NCBI GenBank assembly: GCA_050951925.1
Contig: JBMNJZ010000001.1
Location: 464,284 to 528,283, forward strand
Reading direction: 5' to 3'
Length of the DNA: 64,000 nucleotides
From: Saccharofermentanales bacterium
GTDB lineage: Bacteria > Bacillota > Clostridia > Saccharofermentanales > DTU023
Part shown: piece after piece, positions 61,627-64,000 of the stretch
How positions within the stretch are numbered: the first letter of the stretch is position 1
Layout of the letters: every line of letters begins with the position of its first letter
Position numbers and translations under genes: made by a program
Notes under the pieces: model-generated
Told to the model about the DNA's origin: nothing
Databases searched by the model: none
What the model saw: the letters and a program-made list of their open reading frames with translations, nothing else

Positions 61627-62997
61627 ATGGAACAATGCGCCATCGTTTTAGCGGCTTGGGAAGATAATCAAATGTGCTCGGCTGAGGCCAAAGTAATGCT
61701 GGAGGCCGCCGGCAAACCGGTTGTAACCTGGGTGAAAAAAGCCTTGGATCAGGCCGGTATTATTGACCAGATGTATATCGTCGGCCATCGTCAGGAAAAA
61801 GTCAGAGCCGAGCTGGGTGAAACAGTAGCTTTTGCTTTACAGGAAGTGCCGCTTGGCACCGGGCATGCAGTCAATCAGGCGGAATTGTTTCTCTATGAGA
61901 GAAAAGGGGCTACCATCGTCATGGCCGGCGACACTCCCTTGATCAGACCGGAAACGATTACCCGCCTGTTGGAGAGTTTCGCCGCCGGAAATTGGGGCGC
62001 TCTGGTAATGACAGCGGAAGTTGAAGATCCCGTCGGTTACGGGCGCATCCTGAGAGATGAAACCGGACGACTGATCGCCATTGTGGAAGAAGGCGAGGCC
62101 GATGCCGAGACCCGGGCGATCAGGGAAGTCAATGGCGGTATTTATTGCTTTGATACAGAACTGCTCAATCAAACAATCGTACAGATTGAAGAGCATGAAG
62201 AGGGGCGCATTCCGCTAACTGATGTGATTGAAATAATGTCTCAGATGGGTGTTGCTGTCGGCACACTTGAGATTGATCCGCAGGAGTTCTTCAAAGTCAA
62301 TACTCGCCGGGATCTGGCGCTGGCCTCCCAGATACTTAACCGCAGAATTCTCGACCGCATCATGGTCGGCGGCGTCTCAATAACGGATCCCGATACCACC
62401 TGGATTGACGATGATGTCACAATCGGCAGCGATACGGTTATTTTGCCTCAGACAACAATCCTGAACAGTTGCGTGATCGGCCGGCGCTGCAAGATCGGTC
62501 CTGCCTCAACGCTTAACTTTACTTATGTCGGCGACGATTCAACAGTTAGCAGGACTGAGTCCAGCCAGGCTTTAATTGATAAGAATTGTCAGATCGGTCC
62601 CTGGGTTCGGCTGCGGCAAGGGGTAGAGATCGGAGAAAACTGTGTAATCGGCAGCTTCGTTGAAATTAATGATTCACGGCTGGGCGCTAATTGCCAAATC
62701 CAGTCACAAGTCGTCATCAATCAAGCTACTCTGGGTCACAATGTGACCGTAGATAGCCAGGTTTCTCTGGTCGGCGGCAGTAGCGGAGACCGGATGCGGG
62801 AAGAGATCTTCGTCGGCAACCACAGTTTTATCGGCAGCCATAGTTGTCTGGTCGCTCCGGCGCGGCTGGACAAGAACAGTTATGTGGCGACCGGGACTAC
62901 TGTCACCGGGAATGTGCCCCGGAATGCGCTGGCTATAGGCCGCAGAGAGCTGAAAATTAAGGAGAACTGGGCACTGCACAGAAATGATGAGTTATGA
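61627..62997 (+). CDS. glmU: GlmU-like bifunctional-architecture protein (nucleotidyltransferase + left-handed beta-helix) with degenerate catalytic motifs
   Basis: Length, position (just upstream of pth) and the blocks LGTGHAV, AGDTPL, GYGRI and ..FIGSHSCLVAPA.. fit GlmU. However, the N-terminal LAAGxGTRMxS motif reads LAAWEDNQMCS. Confidence 0.65.
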   Translation: MEQCAIVLAAWEDNQMCSAEAKVMLEAAGKPVVTWVKKALDQAGIIDQMYIVGHRQEKVRAELGETVAFALQEVPLGTGHAVNQAELFLYERKGATIVMAGDTPLIRPETITRLLESFAAGNWGALVMTAEVEDPVGYGRILRDETGRLIAIVEEGEADAETRAIREVNGGIYCFDTELLNQTIVQIEEHEEGRIPLTDVIEIMSQMGVAVGTLEIDPQEFFKVNTRRDLALASQILNRRILDRIMVGGVSITDPDTTWIDDDVTIGSDTVILPQTTILNSCVIGRRCKIGPASTLNFTYVGDDSTVSRTESSQALIDKNCQIGPWVRLRQGVEIGENCVIGSFVEINDSRLGANCQIQSQVVINQATLGHNVTVDSQVSLVGGSSGDRMREEIFVGNHSFIGSHSCLVAPARLDKNSYVATGTTVTGNVPRNALAIGRRELKIKENWALHRNDEL

Positions 62998-63602
62998 CTT
63001 GGTGGCAACAGATTAAAGACAAAGTCAGAGTGACTGATGCGGCTGAGCGCTGGTTAATCGTAGGTCTGGGCAATCCCGGCTCTAAGTACGAGCAGAGCTG
63101 GCATAATCTGGGATATATGGCTTTGGACCGTTTTGCCGCCAATGCCGGTATCAAGCTCGGGCGTCTTCGTTTCCGGGGTATCACCGGCGAAGGTGAAGTC
63201 AAGGGGAAAAAGGTTATACTGCTAAAGCCGCTGACCTATATGAATCTCAGCGGCCAAAGCGTTGCTGAGGCCAGTAAATTCTATCGGATACCGCCGGAGA
63301 GGATCATCGTTCTGGTCGATGATATTGATCTCCATGTGGGTGTAATCAGACTTAGAGCCCAGGGCAGCGCCGGTACGCATAAAGGCCTGAAATCGATTAT
63401 CGCTCAGCTGGGCAGCTCTGATTTCAACCGCATCCGGATCGGTATGGGACCCAGGCCGGCCGGAGATCTGGCGGATATTGTACTTTCCAATATACCGGGC
63501 AAGCAAAGGCAAGCGGTAGATATTGCCCTGCAAGACGCGGTTTTGGCCTTGGAATTGCTGTTAAGCTCAGGTATTGAGGCGGCGCAAAGCGTCTACAATT
63601 AG
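62994..63602 (+). CDS. pth: peptidyl-tRNA hydrolase
   Basis: WLIVGLGNPGSKYEQSWHNLGY and VLVDDIDL are present. Start and upstream stop form an ATGA overlap with the preceding gene. Confidence 0.9.
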   Translation: MTWWQQIKDKVRVTDAAERWLIVGLGNPGSKYEQSWHNLGYMALDRFAANAGIKLGRLRFRGITGEGEVKGKKVILLKPLTYMNLSGQSVAEASKFYRIPPERIIVLVDDIDLHVGVIRLRAQGSAGTHKGLKSIIAQLGSSDFNRIRIGMGPRPAGDLADIVLSNIPGKQRQAVDIALQDAVLALELLLSSGIEAAQSVYN

Positions 63603-63628
63603 AAATCGGAAAGATAATACAGCGGCAA

Positions 63629-64000
63629 ATGTCAATTCAAAGCGAATCTGCAGAACACTCACCACCACTCCGAAATAATCCCGGATTTGAGGACGGCGAA
63701 CAGATGCCCTTGTCCGACTGGCTTCTGAATGCCGGCGACGATAAGGGTTTTGCGGCCTTTTTAGAGTATCTGGATCAAGTTGCGGCGGGAACGGCGGACA
63801 AAAGCTCCGTAAATCTGACCGGACTTTCCGATACTCAGAAATCCTTTGTTCAGAGCTTAATCTACAGCAAGGAGCAAAATCCCTTTTGGGTTTTAGTGGC
63901 TGATGAATTGCGGGCGCGCCTGGCCGCGCAGGAACTCAGGGCTTTTCTGGGTTCCGGCGTCTATGTGTTCAGCGCCCGCGATCTCCACCTGCTGGATGCC
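63629..64000 (+). CDS. mfd: transcription-repair coupling factor, N-terminal fragment (continues beyond window)
   Basis: Own translation gives MSIQSESAEHSPPLRNNPGF...LTGLSDTQKSFVQSLIY...VLVADELRARLAAQELRAFLG..VYVFSARD. The position after pth and the N-terminal UvrB-like pattern (..G.....K.......) fit Mfd. It is absent from the track because it runs off the edge. Confidence 0.65.
   Translation, partial: MSIQSESAEHSPPLRNNPGFEDGEQMPLSDWLLNAGDDKGFAAFLEYLDQVAAGTADKSSVNLTGLSDTQKSFVQSLIYSKEQNPFWVLVADELRARLAAQELRAFLGSGVYVFSARDLHLLDA

Overview
The window reads as one contiguous piece of a Firmicutes (Clostridia-like) chromosome. All calls come from reading the sequence, the supplied ORF translations and recalled family motifs; no searches were run.

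- **Right third (38-64 kb):** a conserved housekeeping neighbourhood. It holds veg, ispE, dtd, nagB, a WalRK-like two-component pair with a YycJ-like MBL hydrolase, two murA paralogs, a divergent glmU-like gene, pth and the start of mfd.
- **Middle (25-53 kb):** malic enzyme, several ABC exporters and importers, a glycyl-radical enzyme with its activase, an aminotransferase, and a Zn-ribbon/Pro-rich/S8 protease.
- **16.6-25 kb:** a partly low-GC accessory patch. It carries two AAA(DUF4143-type) ATPases, a PIN/AbrB toxin-antitoxin pair, a Nim-like flavoprotein, a membrane-anchored serpin, a sigma-factor remnant and a purine permease.
- **Left 16.5 kb (most striking region):** a single minus-strand operon of 12-13 tightly packed, often overlapping genes. 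It sits behind a sigma70-type promoter, a clear cobalamin riboswitch and a terminator. It combines four modules:
  - a dedicated ECF importer (T, fused A-A', and a long S-like component);
  - two DUF4430 (transcobalamin beta-domain-like) secreted proteins;
  - a 1382-aa surface protein with an alpha/alpha-toroid domain;
  - a MacB/FtsX-type ABC module with its own 650-aa surface protein and small lipoproteins.

I interpret the left region as a candidate, apparently uncharacterised, Gram-positive corrinoid capture and uptake system.

Secondary observations:
- a dispersed intergenic GCGCCTTCGT motif;
- 44-bp direct repeats bracketing one ATPase gene;
- an eliminase-type glycyl-radical enzyme paired with a short activase and preceded by a 45-codon uORF with twin hairpins;
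- a GlmU homolog with degenerate catalytic motifs.
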